In this document: positions 1-13,739 of the stretch, piece by piece
Layout of the letters: every line of letters begins with the position of its first letter
Position numbering within the stretch: position 1 is the first letter of the stretch
Origin: Chrysomallon squamiferum
Taxonomy: Eukaryota; Animalia; Mollusca
NCBI GenBank assembly: GCA_012295275.1
Contig: CM022665.1
Span: 42,594,001-42,658,000 of the forward strand
Direction: 5' to 3'
Length of the DNA stretch: 64,000 nucleotides
Notes under the pieces: generated by a model
Databases searched by the model: none
What the model was told of the DNA's origin: nothing
Seen by the model: only the letters and a program-made list of their open reading frames with translations
Made by a program: the position numbers and the translations under genes

Positions 1-1967
1 AGCAAGCTGAAATACATACAGACATTTTAAATATATATAAATATAACAAGATATTCAATACCATGAGATTAAATAAAAAAGTACTTTATGTTTATTAATT
101 TTATTATTTGTCTTCCTTATTTATTTATTTATTTCATTCTTTTTTATAATTTTTTTATTTTACTTTATTTACTTTACTTTACTTTATTTTTTTTATTTTT
201 TATTTTATTTTATATTTATGTACTTATTTATTTATTATATTTTATTTTGTTGTTGATAGGGTTTTCTTTGATAAATGAATGAATGTTTAACAATTCCCCA
301 GCAGAAAAAAAATATCAGCTGCTGGGTGTCAAAATAAGTTAAATATACCAAAATGGTGAATATTTTCTATATAAAAATTCAAAGTTAAAGTTAGTCAAAG
401 CACAGTGTAAAGACCTGTGCAAAAGGTATCACAGTTTATTTAAATTATAATTTATGGTAAAATTCTGTAAGAAATTTTAAAACAAGTTCAGGATGGAACT
501 GAAATGATTCCATCACACCTATTTGACCAAATATATCTTTCCAGATCTGCCTAAGATGATCGCTCTCCACAGATGAAATGAATGTAAGTTTCAATTAACA
601 GTTTAAATCTGTGAGATCAATTTAGAGTCTTTGGATTACTTTCAGCAGTACAATGATTTCAAGAACTTTTATACACAACTGCCGCTCCTGTATAATACAG
701 CAAACTAATATTTTTGGAAAATTGTAAATTAATTAAAACAAAGGTTAATTAATTAGAGAGTTTAAGAAAATGTCAGTCAAAGAGACTGTAGCTGAAAGAA
801 ATACCTGGGTAATAGGTTTCTTAGCAAATGACTTATTTGACCTTTCTAATGTTACTTCAAATTTGTATTCTGGAAAAGAAAATTAAAAAAGATTATTAAT
901 ATATTACAATCTAATGATATTAGATAATCAGTGAACAAAAAATAACAGCAAAAGATTTAATACCAAAGATGAGCATTACTTTATTTTTGCTTTAAATATA
1001 AAAAAATAATAATAACTAGTTAAATAAATATTTTATCATTTAACTTAAGAAGTAATATACCAATAGAGATCATTTTAGAATCACATTAAAATAACATTTC
1101 GACCAAATATGTATATTTTAATATACTTCACTTCTTGCAATTTATCTTGGCAGTGTAATATTCTGTTGAGATTATTGCAGTTTTTAACCAACATTGGTAA
1201 TTGCTTAGCCAGTGTTTGTCTTTAATTTCATTTCATGGGTTTTTTATATCTCACAATGAGAACTCAATTAATGACAAAAGAGCCTGTAAAATAGTTTTAC
1301 AACATTTTTCTTTTTTTTTAGTTTGTGTCAGATATTTTATTTCTGTATTTTGTTCTTACCTGTTACAGCTACACGGGGATTTTTTTTAACTTTATACTGT
1401 AGCAAGTGTCCTGGTTTTGTTCCAACTAACAGAATATCATCTGAAAAATTAACATCAAATTTAAATATTGGTCAAAATATAACCATAATAACCACAATAA
1501 TTATCATAAATTTATATGTATGTATGTATGTATGTATGTAATTGAATGTTTGCTATACTACAAAAATGCAGATGATCCTGAAATATCGATGTTATTAAAC
1601 ATTTGAACAAACACATTTTGACAACAGACATCCTAGTAAAGTTCAGGTCTGTTTATCAACATTCCAGAGTTTAAATATTAATCATATAATTGTCCCATAC
1701 AAGTAAATAGGGTGCCATTCTCAATTTTGACAATTTACAGAAAGGAACATTATTTCTATCAATTTTTTTCATTAAGTTGATCATATAGTTGTTGTTGTTT
1801 TGTTTTTGGTCATTTTTATTTGTTTGAATGTGTGCGATGCAGCATATGCAATGCAGTGAACATCTGTGAGCAGAAGTCAACAGGAAGTGACCAATATTGT
1901 GAATGATTCTATGTCAGTGACTGACAACAAGCCAAAATGTTGACACTTACGCCCAATGAGGTCATTC

Positions 1968-2790
1968 CAGGGCGTTAACCAGATTTTAAGAAATTGAGCT
2001 CAAACAGTAGATCAAATTGGAGCAAACTTTTATCAGGTTTCTGGTTTCTGATTTATGGGTAAGATGATTGAAACTCATCATCATGCAGCCTATCTTCATG
2101 CTCAAAGCATTCTGGATTTTGTTCACCTCCACAGGTGTCAGTATTCATCCTAGTCACACATCTTGTTTTCAGACAAGTCCCCTTTACCTTAAACTTCCTG
2201 ATTTCATGACAGATTTGGCAGTGGATAAGTTATTGGTTGGGTTGATATCACTAAGACAGACATCATTTTACATTTTGTAAGGAAAGAACAACATACTGAT
2301 GCCCTTTGTCATCCTTCTTGCTAGATGTGTGGATCAATGTTTTTTTTTGTGTTTTTATAGGAAAACAGTGCCCACTGTGAACAAATTCTTGATGCTCACC
2401 CAGCATCTGCTGAATTCCATGGCCAGCAATGAGTCCATACCTCCCTCCTAAGTTGAACAAGTTAGGTATATGGTAGGGAGACATGTGCTTTAATGTCCAA
2501 GACCACCAACCATGTTAGTGGAGCTTGGTCAAGTGGTAAAAGAAGAGTGAAACAGACTCCATCAAAAATGAATGTCTTACACTTCATTGTGGTATCACCC
2601 ACTACAAATATAAAGTACATCAACTTTTAAATTTCACTTCTGACCCCAGACATCCTTTAAGATTTTTGGTGATCATAAAACCTATGGTAACACTGGTTGT
2701 AATGTTTGCCCAATGAATTCTCTTTTCATATAATCATTCCCCACTGCAATGCTGATACACTTTATAGATGTGGCAACTGTAAATTATTAC
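1968..2790 (-). mobile_element. Degraded DNA-transposon-like block, possibly hAT
   Basis: GC-richer, CpG-depleted block starting CAGGGCGTTAACCAG. The minus strand has broken coding-like fragments (MSGVRS; PNLFNLGGR) but no intact ORF. Confidence 0.25.
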
Positions 2791-4317
2791 TAGCGATCAC
2801 CTATTTTTTTTGAAGAGTATATTAATAATAAAGTCTGATAATTAAAATAGTATCATATGAGTATGCAAAAGACTGTAATTCTTTTCATCCTGACATAATT
2901 TCATACAATGGGAAATATGAACCAAAATGTCTGTGAGTAATTGTTAGTAAATCATGGCAGACTTCTTACATTTTTTCTATCGTCATAATTTACTATTAAT
3001 GTATTATTTCAAAATGTCTGTAAGACACAAATAAAATTAAATATATCAACTTAAAATTAAATGTATATAAAATGTAATATGGCTGTGTAAATACCAACAT
3101 AAATGAGAACGGTAATCCGAACTGTAAAAATGATTCACTTTTCAATTCTACTCATAATTACATCTTTTTTCTTCAGTGTAATTTGACTGATTTCAAATAT
3201 CAGAATAATATTAAAAGCTAACTCTTTTCTTTTTCATAAAAATACATTTTTTTTTTTAAATCTGACAATTCTGAAAGAATCAAGTCAAGATATATGACAC
3301 TTTCAGGTCAAATCTGTTCATCATATTTCTAAACTGACAAATGAATGATGTTAATAGGACACAGCTCCTTAACAATATACTCTGTGTATATAATAGCTGA
3401 AATTATTAAGAAAGAATTTAATTTTGTAAGAACAGGTAACAATAAAAAAAATTTAAGTATCAAATAATTTTTGATAACATTTATGTAAATATAAAATGAC
3501 AATCATTTTTATCATGTTTCTTGTTTACTGTCTATTTTTGTGACTCTGTGGGTGGGTGTGTTTAACTAAAGTTTCAATTAAAAGAATAAGTTATTTTTTA
3601 TTATTACCAATGTTTGAAAATATATGTTCAGTGCTGTTTAATAACAACAACAACAATCAATTATGATTAGTGAGTTAAAACTCACTGTTACCCTTTTGCC
3701 TAGTTTTGGTCTACTGAATGAACACTAAGTGACTAACAGTATTATAATTTAGATTTGTCTTGGATGTAACTTAAAGCTGGTTAATTAACACTGATATTAA
3801 ATTAAAATAGAATTGATTTATCTAATTATCATTTTCCATTATGAATTACATATATATAAAAGATGTACAAAAATTTAAAGAGAGAGTTATTTAATGAGTT
3901 TCCAATCAGCTGTTTAACAAATATTTTATGAACATAGTACATCCTTATTTCACTACTTCAGTTCTTCGTTTAAATCACGAATTCGAAAAATAAAAAACAC
4001 TTACCAAAACACGCAATTGATTCTATTTGTAGAGGCAGCTTCTCCAAAATAGGAGCAGCTTCGTAAGCCTCATGCATCGTTATTAAATTCCAGTAATTTC
4101 ACATTATAAGAAATGACCATTCAAAACATAAAATAATGTCAACATATCTGGTTTCGCCAGCAGACTCTTTTCTCATGTGACCACACAGAAGAGTTATGCA
4201 TATTAAGGGTAAATAACTCTAAAATCTGTCGCACCGTGTTCATCTGTTAGGTTTGGGTTACATACCAGTATTTTGTTCTTGTTTTCTTAATCGAGTTTGA
4301 AACAAATGCTGCAAATT

Positions 4318-4322
<5 letters not shown>

Positions 4323-4382
<60 letters not shown>
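4323..4382. repeat. (AAT)n microsatellite
   Basis: Uninterrupted TAA repeats; similar tracts at about 7260, 20567 and 37911. Confidence 0.95.
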
Positions 4383-4383
<1 letters not shown>

Positions 4384-5082
4384 CAAAGGTGTAAATTTTA
4401 TCTATCTGTAAGACAGATGGTAACGTACACAATACCATTAAAAAAAAAAATCTAGATTTTTTAATTTTTTTTTTTAAATTATAATTAAAGTAATTTCATC
4501 TAAGAAAGATATGTTCTGAAGTCTATAATAAAAAGTAGTTAATGACTTTGATTATAAAGTTTTCAAAACAGGATTATGTTTCAAGTAAATACCGCAAGCT
4601 TTTCAGTGATGTTACAATAAACAGAAACGTCGTATTTCTTAGTAATGGAGGCAGCAGATCTATGAGTTAAAGAAAAACGTAATTTTTATTTAAAGATTTC
4701 GTTTTTTTAAATAAATTTTTTTTCTTTGTGAACTGTCATACTGTTATTATTGTTATTTTATCATTATCATCATCATCATTGTTATTTATTTATTTAGTGT
4801 CATATTTCATTTTAAGAGACATTAGAATGTATTAAGTGTTAAAAATGTATTTCAAAGATTACTAAAGTTTTCTATGACACAGTTTATAGTACACTAATGA
4901 ATTTAATTATTTTTAAAAATATACAGTGATGATATAAAAAAAGATTATTATTTATTTAAATAGTTACTTACAGTATTATTTTCTATCATACGACATGCAA
5001 AATATATTATATACATATATTAAGTGTACGTTTTGAAATTTTCCTACTATAAATTAATAGGTGCAGTCTATTTCTGAAATAT

Positions 5083-5115
5083 TACGTTACACTATATTAT
5101 TGTCAGTGAGGATTT

Positions 5116-5157
<42 letters not shown>

Positions 5158-5190
5158 AAATCCACACTGACAATAATATAGTGTAACGTA
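5083..5190. repeat. Near-perfect 108-bp palindrome with an (AT)n centre
   Basis: TACGTTACACTATATTATTGTCAGTGAGGATTTAAA-(AT)n-TTTAAAATCCACACTGACAATAATATAGTGTAACGTA; the arms differ by about 1-2 nt. Confidence 0.95.
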
Positions 5191-6459
5191 TTTACAGCTT
5201 TTTAAAATACATTTTTTAACAAAAACTGAAGGGTTAAGATATCACGCATTTCTTGTCTTATACTGTGACTATTTTCTGAAGCGTTAGGCGCATGTAAAGT
5301 AAAAAAATAAACTGAACGGAAACGTAAATAAAATATCGGGGATCGGTCTGTAAATGCATTAAAATATGTACACCAAAACCAATATATATATTTTTAAAAT
5401 GACAAAGACGCAAGAAAGTTATTAACTTATAAATTACTCAAAATACTTTTAAAAATGGATGACGTGCTAGTAAGATTGCATTTAATCTTATTTTTGTGTG
5501 TGCGTGTGTAACATTCTTCACACTTGTGTTATAGATCTATTTACTATGTTGGTTTTCAGCTATTGATTTAGTTACTATTTGTGGTGCTTGTCTTCCACGA
5601 GCGCATATACGCACGCACGCACATACACGCACGAATACATACGCCTTCAATTTTCCACGAAGAAAACGAAATGCAAGTGTTTTCGTAGACAATAAACCAT
5701 GCTATTATTATTATTATTAGTAGTAGTAGTAGTAGCTGTAGTAGTAGTAGTAGTAGTAGTAGAAATAGTAAATAGCAGTAGTAGTAGTAGCAGTAGAAGT
5801 AGCAGTCTTTCTGAAATATTACTTTTTTTAAAAATTGTTGATTTAAATGTTTATATTACAGGAATTTCCTTATTGCCTAAGTTCGAAGAAAAACTGCGGA
5901 TTTCTTTCAGCTAAAAATAGTCAAATGACGTCAGACAGTTTTCCAGCATAAAGAATATAAGTGATACAAGATACATGGCGGATCGTTGATTATCGTCAAT
6001 TTCTTATTTTTTCTTTTTCTTTCTTTCTTTCTTTTAAACTATATTACAATAATTATTCAGGAAGTAACTGAATTAATGGTAGGTTTTAAGTTATGCATTT
6101 ATATTTAGAAACCAACAAAAAAAAAAAAAAAAAAAAAAAAATCATATTCATAAATATTTGTCTATCTTACTGCATAATTTGTGGAGCACAGACTAGGCTG
6201 AGAAAAACCTCAAAGGATTCTAGAAGGCGGATTTATCCTGTGAATAAATATTTTCTTCTATGGGTGTCTAAAATAAAAAAATAAAAATAAAAATAAAAAA
6301 ACAAACAAAAACAAACAAAACAGAAACAGCCCAGTTGACATTATTCGTAAATTCCGGATATGTTACTGCTATTAACTACTGTTTTTTAAATTAATGTACT
6401 TTGAAATATCATAAACGAAGCTCATTTATGCATTATATTAGTTTCGGTATAGTACAAAT

Positions 6460-6466
<7 letters not shown>

Positions 6467-6535
<69 letters not shown>
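6467..6535. repeat. (AT)n microsatellite
   Basis: Uninterrupted TA repeats. Confidence 0.95.
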
Positions 6536-6538
<3 letters not shown>

Positions 6539-6725
6539 AATTATATACTTACTTACACACCTACATCCACCCCACACCCCCACACACACACCAGAACACA
6601 CACAAAATCATGTGTACTGGTTAATTTCACTATTTTCGACTGATATATTTTTTTGTATCATCAACATCATCATTATCGTCATCATTATTATTACTATTAT
6701 TGTTATTATCATTATTATTATTATT

Positions 6726-6756
<31 letters not shown>

Positions 6757-6777
6757 TAGTCGTAGTAGTATTTTAAA

Positions 6778-6818
<41 letters not shown>

Positions 6819-7126
6819 GCTTTTAATTTAATTTTGATATATTTAAAAAGAATATATTTCTGAATTAATGAATTAATTTATTTGTCTTATTCTGTGATAT
6901 CGTTGTTTGATAAATTAGGTGCAGAGCCAAAATAACTGTCAGAGTTGGGTGGAGCAGGCATCGTCCCACTCACAACGATCCTGACACATCTTCCCTCATT
7001 TTAATATATATATATATATAAAACATTGTAAAAGTAACTGTAGAATTTAAAATTTAAGCAAATGATATTTATACAAACAGTTAAGCAAACAAATAAATAA
7101 TAAATACAAAAATAAATAAGTAAATA

Positions 7127-7157
<31 letters not shown>

Positions 7158-7256
7158 AATAAAATGAAATATGTAAATAAATAAATAAATACAAACAACG
7201 TGGAATCAGATGATGATGATGATAATGATTATTATAATTACCAGTACTATTACTAC

Positions 7257-7314
<58 letters not shown>

Positions 7315-7679
7315 TAATTAATAAATACATTTTGTTTATTTATTTATTCTTCTATTTTATATTTATTTTGATATAGATGTATTTATATTTATTTATTTGT
7401 TTATTTATATATACATGAAAATTAAATATAAAACAAATAAAAGAATACATAAATAACTAAGAAAAAGAAAACACTAATAACTAAACAATTTAAAAAAAAT
7501 AAAAAACGCTGAAAGAAAACCAAATAAAAACTTTCATTAGTATATTAACTGAAGTCAAATGTGAAAAAAATAAAAAATAAAACCGAAACATTTCATTGCC
7601 TTCTTTCCAATACAAACAATTGACACTCTGAGAAAAAGAAAGAAAAAACATAAAACAGATCTTTTTTTTTTCTTATCCT

Positions 7680-8120
7680 ACCATATGGTGCGCCCCGCCC
7701 TAAACTGCACCGTAACAATATTAAATTTGGTAAGCTGAAGATATAATTATAATTCTCACGAAAAGAAGTGAAAGATTAACTGGGCATCTCGTTTATGAAA
7801 TGAACTGTCTGGCAGCGTTAGGCAGAAGCGCCTGTGTTGGTGTAACCAGCAATTACGGCGAGGTGTATCGCTCACGAAAACATATGGAAGCAGCGTAATA
7901 AATACAGATTTAGCGACTAGCTATATTTCCCATTAACTTGTGTCGAGTGTAACATTAAGAATTTTGTTAAGATATTAATCTCATACATGCACGTGAAGAT
8001 GATATGTTGATAATTACACCTGTGCCTGCCAATGCGAGAATTGACGAGTTTTTCCCTTTTCTTCTGCCCATGCGCGCAGGTAATAACGAAGATTTCGACC
8101 AATCGTATGCTGCGTCACTC
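7680..8120 (+). promoter_or_regulatory. Probable promoter/proximal regulatory block of the homeobox gene
   Basis: Locally CpG-retaining, complex sequence between AT microsatellites. Contains a GC-box-like CCCCGCCC (about 7693), TAAT sites, CACCTG and CACGTG E-boxes and CCAAT (about 8099), 250-700 bp upstream of the ATG. Confidence 0.4.
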
Positions 8121-8370
8121 TGTTTCTTGTCATTTTGGAGAGAATGTAATGAATAAATTGTCGGATATAGTTCATAATATGTTTAATTGGCTTTGAAAAG
8201 ACTTATCATTGAAGTGTAAGGTTCTATACCTTTTAGTTAAAAGTCTTGGGGAAAAAAAATAATTAAACTTTAAAAGTAAATAAATATACCAGTAATATTA
8301 ATAACAAACTATTTTAAAATTAATAACTGTAAGTCCTCAGTTTTTAAATACACTTATATCTATTTTAAAA

Positions 8371-8750
8371 ATGCTGTCAACTTTCATGGAAGGACAAAAT
8401 AAAAGTGACGAAAACTGTTACTTTCCCACTGAATCCATTCACGTGAATTCAACAGAAAGCAAGCAGACAGATTCTCAGTCGGAGACTTCCGAAAACGGAT
8501 CTTTCGCGGAAACAGACGAAACAAACGAACCCGAAAATTCTGCTCATCATACCAGCCCAGATTTGAAATTTTCAATTAAAAACATTTTGGGACTAGATAA
8601 GTGAAAATGTCTGCAATAGAGAAGGGGAAGGAACGTCGTCGAAAATGTTGAAAAACGAGACAAAAAGAAAAGAAGATGTCGTCCTGGAAGACGATTCGTC
8701 AAAATATTCGTGGTTGCAGTGCACCAGATACAAACCTCCAAAACTTCCTC
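8371..8750 (+). CDS. Msxlx: Msxlx-like homeobox gene, exon 1 (eh1 motif and WLQCTRYKPPKLP motif; contains a +1 frame break at about 8599-8602)
   Basis: ATG at 8371 opens a frame containing the eh1-type FSIKNILG, which ends at TGA 8602-8604. The +1 frame from 8600 reads SENVCNREGEGTSSKMLKNETKRKEDVVLEDDSSKYSWLQCTRYKPPKLP up to the donor C|GTGAGT at 8750/8751. That phase-1 end fits exon 2 (C+GA = Arg). Confidence 0.75.
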
Positions 8751-9914
8751 GTGAGTTTTAAATTGTTGTCGCCGTCGTTGTCGTTAGTTTCAATATTTTA
8801 AAAATTTATTAATATTATTATCATTTTTCATTTTTATATTTTTTTCAATTTGTATTACGTTTACTTTACTGTGGCGAGAGTTTTATTTTGCATTATTTTT
8901 TACTACTACTATTACTATTACTACTACTACTACTGCTACTACTGCCACTACTATACTATTACTACTACTACCTCTACTATTATTATTATTATTATTTCTC
9001 GTGTGAAAAAAAGGAAATAAATAAATAAAAGAATTCAGATTCATAGATATTTACTAGTGTGTCCTGCTAATAAATAAATTTAAAATTAATAATAGTAATA
9101 ATAATAATAAAAAAAATTGGTCTTATTTTTTTTCCCATTCGATTAAAAAATATATATATATATATAAATAAATAAATAAATAAAATGAAGTGAAATAAAA
9201 CAAAACAAAACAAAAGAAATAATCAAAATATTTAGGTAAGCAAGAAAAGTTTTTAAAATGTATTGAACAAGAACGAAAAGGATATAAACGTGAAACGCTG
9301 GTTGCATATGAATGAAAAGTTAATATTTTTAAAAGCTTTACTAAATAACTGTTAATTTAATTATATCAGTCGTATCAGTTAGGTTTGTTTATTTCTTTTA
9401 TTATTATTATTATTATTACTATTATTATTATTATTATTATTTCTATTATTATTATTATTATTTCTATTATTATTATTATTACTATTATTGTCATTGTTAT
9501 TATTATTATTGTTATTGCTTTAATCGTATAGCATAATAACTAAGGTATAATAAATAGTTATTCATTTGTTAATACTTATTTTACTAATACAGTATTTATA
9601 AAAAGTGAAAAATAAATATTTTTTAAATACCATTTTGCATTAAGTAAAATTTAATTATTTTATGTATATATGTATATTGGTGGTGTTGTTGTTATTGTTC
9701 TTTTTTATAATTGTTCTTGTTGCTCATATTATTGTTATTGTTTTGTGTCTTAAAATTAACACGTTATTTTTTTTATTTTTTTATTTATTATTAGTTTTTT
9801 TAGATTTACGATTTTCTATTCCTATATCGATATTATACCAAAAATTTAAAATCTGAAATTTGATAAATTAATAATCAAGCAAATAATTTTATTATCTTTT
9901 TCTTATTCTTTCTT

Positions 9915-9955
<41 letters not shown>

Positions 9956-11661
9956 TTTTTTTAATGCAAACTAAATTCATTAGCTTTTATTGGAATTACG
10001 TTAAAAAAAAGGAAGATAAAAGAAAATAATAAGAAAAAAAATAATAATCATAATATTGATTATAAAGATAAAAATACTAATAATAAAGTAACAATTAATA
10101 ATCTTTATTTATGTATGTATTATTTTTATTCATTTGTTTTTTGTTTGTTTATTTCTATAATAACTTGATTATTTTTAAATGTATTTATTTACTTATTTGT
10201 TTAATTAGTGTTTGTTTCTTTATTTATTTTGTTCTGTTATCATTCCAGAAAATAAAAATATATTAGTAAATATATTTAAAAAATAAACGAATGAATAAAA
10301 ACAATACATAAATAAATAAAAATAAACAAACTAATTAATGAATTAATTTAGTTATTTATAAACAAAACGAAAAAAAAAAGACAAATCAGTATTATTATTT
10401 TAAAATACAATACGTTTTTTAAGAACATTTTTAATTATTATCATTATTTTTTAAATTTAATATTTTTCAATTTATTCTTTTTATTACGGAAGGAAATTCT
10501 AAGCATTTTTTTTTTTTTAGATTTATTATTTTATTTTATTGTCTCCGACTTCGCAAAAATCGATTAGCAATTAAAGAATTAAATTAGGTCAGTCTGAGAA
10601 ATATTCATGGATATAAAAATATTTAATATACGTATATACATATGTGTGTTTGTGTGTGTGTACGAAAAATTCAGAATCAGATTGGAATGGAAGTAATATT
10701 ACTCTACAGAACTGCGAAAGAGGACAAATTACCATTTTGTAAATAAGTTATTTTATTTATTTATTTATTCATACATTCATTCATTCGTTTATTACTTAAT
10801 TTTAATTTTAATTATAATTCGAATTTTATTTTTTAATTTTAATTTTAATTTTAATTATTTATTTACTTATTTAATTTATTTATTTATTTTATTTTATTTA
10901 TTTACTTATTTACTTTCTTACTTACTTTATTAATTAATTTATTAATTTTGTTTATAGTTTACTTATTTATCTATATTATTTAATTTAATTTAATGTTTTT
11001 TCGTTTCATTTCTTATGGTTTTATCTTATTCGATATATAGCAAAGCAATAAAACATTTCAGAGCAAAAAATAAATAGGGAAGAAAAAGTATATTTAATTT
11101 TTAAAATATTTTACGATATATCATTTTAATTTATTATTTCTTAAATTTAATACTTATTACCAAAATGTTTCTTCCGAAAAAAATGTATCTAACGATAAAT
11201 GAAAAATATCTAATGCAAAAATAATGATGATGGTGATAATAATAATTATGAAGATGAGATGATAATTATGATGACGATGATGATTACTCAAATAATAATA
11301 ATAATAATAATAATAATAGTAATAAAGTACAAATAGAAAGAATCAGAAGTCAACGTATAGCTGGAATAATAAAACTATTAACTAAATAAATGTTACATAA
11401 TTGAAAACGACTGTTTTTGTTCACTCGAGATCAAACTTTCGTGAAAATCAAGTATAACTATAATATAAAAAATGTAGCTACAAATAATGGAAAAATTGCC
11501 TTTTCATATTTAATAAAGTTTTATAAATTTTCTTCTTAATTTAATTTGTGCTTTAATCACTGGGCCAAAACATATTTTAAAAACAAATGGCATAAGGAAC
11601 CCGAAAATGGTTCGAATTGTTTGTTTTTTTTTTTTTTTTTTTCTTTATCATGGTTTTTGTT

Positions 11662-11913
11662 TCTGCTATTAACATATTAGAATGCAGAAACAAAGATGAC
11701 GTCAAGAGCTGGAACATGATCATCTATTTTTTAAAATTATTATTTAATGTTATTTTTCCTTCTGCTATTAATATTTTAGGACGTAAAACCAAAGATGGCG
11801 TCAATCGCTGGAACATGAACATATATTTTTTAAAATTATTATTTAATGTTATTTTTTATTCTGCTTTTAATATTTTAGGACGTAAAACCAAAGATGGCGT
11901 CAAGCGCCGGAAG
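11662..11913 (+). repeat. 99-bp tandem triplication spanning the exon 2 splice acceptor
   Basis: TCTGCT unit starts at 11662, 11761 and 11860. AG acceptors give possible exon starts at 11681, 11780 and 11879, each followed by an RKTKDGV-like coding stub. Confidence 0.92.
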
Positions 11914-12048
11914 TTGGGCAGAAATCCCAGAGTTCCTTTCACACAGAATCAGGTCACTGTATTGGAAGAGAAGTTCAGACGAACTCATTACCTTAGCAGC
12001 ATGGATGTGGCCGAGCTGTCTTCTGTTCTCAGTCTATCTGACAACAGA
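11879..12048 (+). CDS. Msxlx: Msxlx-like homeobox gene, exon 2 (homeodomain helices 1-2)
   Basis: Acceptor TTTTAG|GA and donor AGA|GTAAGT. Translates RKTKDGVKRRKLGRNPRVPFTQNQVTVLEEKFRRTHYLSSMDVAELSSVLSLSDNR, an NK/Msx-class homeodomain with the GRNPRxPF and YLSSxDV signatures I recall for Msxlx. Confidence 0.85.
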
Positions 12049-12934
12049 GTAAGTGCAAACTTCAGTTAGTCTTTCACCCGAAACTTAATTACTTGTATGA
12101 ATGGTCCTTGTACGAAAGTCTTGCTACAGAAAGCAGAGATCTTCATAAAAAAAACCCCAATATTTAGTTAAGTTATTTATATTTTTCCAGTTTGGATGCT
12201 TGTTACGGATTCGATCCCAATAACTACCACATTATATCCGCAGTTTCTACATTTTCAGTGTAGTCAAGAATTACGAAACTATTCCTGCAGAGTATGCACC
12301 GAAAACCATTACTATCACACTTACAAACCCTGCATGAATACATAAGTAACTAACCAGTTAATTAATTAATTTTCATCAGCCAACATGCTCCTATATCAAC
12401 AGCAATACACGTGTTGTATACAATAACCGTTATATCTAACAGTGTCAGTAATGATTATATGAACTGCGCCTTATGCCAAAGGTGAAGTGACGTCACTCGC
12501 AACGCGTAGAAGTGTCGAGCGCGCGCTATTTTATAACGCGGATTCATGATTTGTCGCTGGCGTCGTGAATCAAACTAGTGAAGAGCACCTGAACCGGTTC
12601 AATAATACCCTGAAATATTTTGACACATTAAGACGAGGTTGTCAAAAGAAAATGGAATGGTTGATTAATGACACCTCCGCATCTGTTTAATCAGTGAGGT
12701 ACCAAACGAACACGACGAGCTGAACATATTGTGTTAGGATGGAATAAAGAGGAACTTTTAATATGTGGGAAATTGTCATGAAATGAAAAAAAAACACAAA
12801 AAACCCCCAACAACAACAAGAAAGAACGAAAAAGAAGGAAAAAAAGAACAGGATTTATTTTAATTTTTTTATTTAAAAGGTGTATTATCCTCATATCTTG
12901 ATTTTTTGAAATTAGGTTTCATTTCTTTTAATAA

Positions 12935-12937
<3 letters not shown>

Positions 12938-13007
<70 letters not shown>
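12938..13007. repeat. (AG)n microsatellite in homeobox intron 2
   Basis: Uninterrupted GA repeats. Confidence 0.95.
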
Positions 13008-13010
<3 letters not shown>

Positions 13011-13425
13011 TAAAAAGTAAAAGCCATAACGATTTATTTTCTTTCTTTCTTTTTTAATACCACTCAAAAAGAAAAGAAGTTGCTTCTACAAAATAATGTT
13101 TCTTTCTTTCTGTTTTTACATATTTATATATATATATATTTAATTAATTTATTTATTTAAAATATTTCTCTGGTATCTTATTGCATACTGGACGCTATTT
13201 AATACAGCTTTTTATCAAAAAATATGGCAAAGGAGAATTATAAAGTCAATATTATAAATTCAATTCTAGAACAATTTTATTTTTAGTTTTTATTGTTATT
13301 TATTAATTTGCTTAATTTATAATTACCCCCCACTATTTTAAATAGACATGTGCTATAATCCATAATCTAAAATTACCTGTATAGATATTGACTTAATATT
13401 TATTTACTTATTTATTTGGTTGTAA

Positions 13426-13456
<31 letters not shown>

Positions 13457-13739
13457 CATAATGATTTTAACAAGCTGATTACATCAGTATTATCTATTCG
13501 TAATCCTCTATTTGCCTTTAAGTTGTTCTCCCTTTCTTTATATTTCACATTAATTTTCCAAATGCTCAGTTTTCAGGACATTACGAAATAATGTTAAAAA
13601 AAAAAAAAAAAAATAATAATAATAATAAAATAAAAATTATAATAACAAATAAATAAATAAATTAATTAATTAAATAATAAAAATAAAATAAATAAATAAA
13701 TAAAGTAATAATAATAATAGTAATAATAAAGAAGATCCC

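Noticed and set aside
88-282. Hydrophobic F/I/L/Y-rich ORFs (also 5699, 7001, 9662, 14763, 20426, 37740, 37877, 61062)
   Set aside because: They are translations of (TTTA)n, (ATT)n and (GTA)n microsatellites.
8602-8619. Stop-codon readthrough or selenocysteine at the Msxlx TGA
   Set aside because: The same frame hits TAG five codons later (TGA AAA TGT CTG CAA TAG), and the conserved motif lies in the +1 frame.
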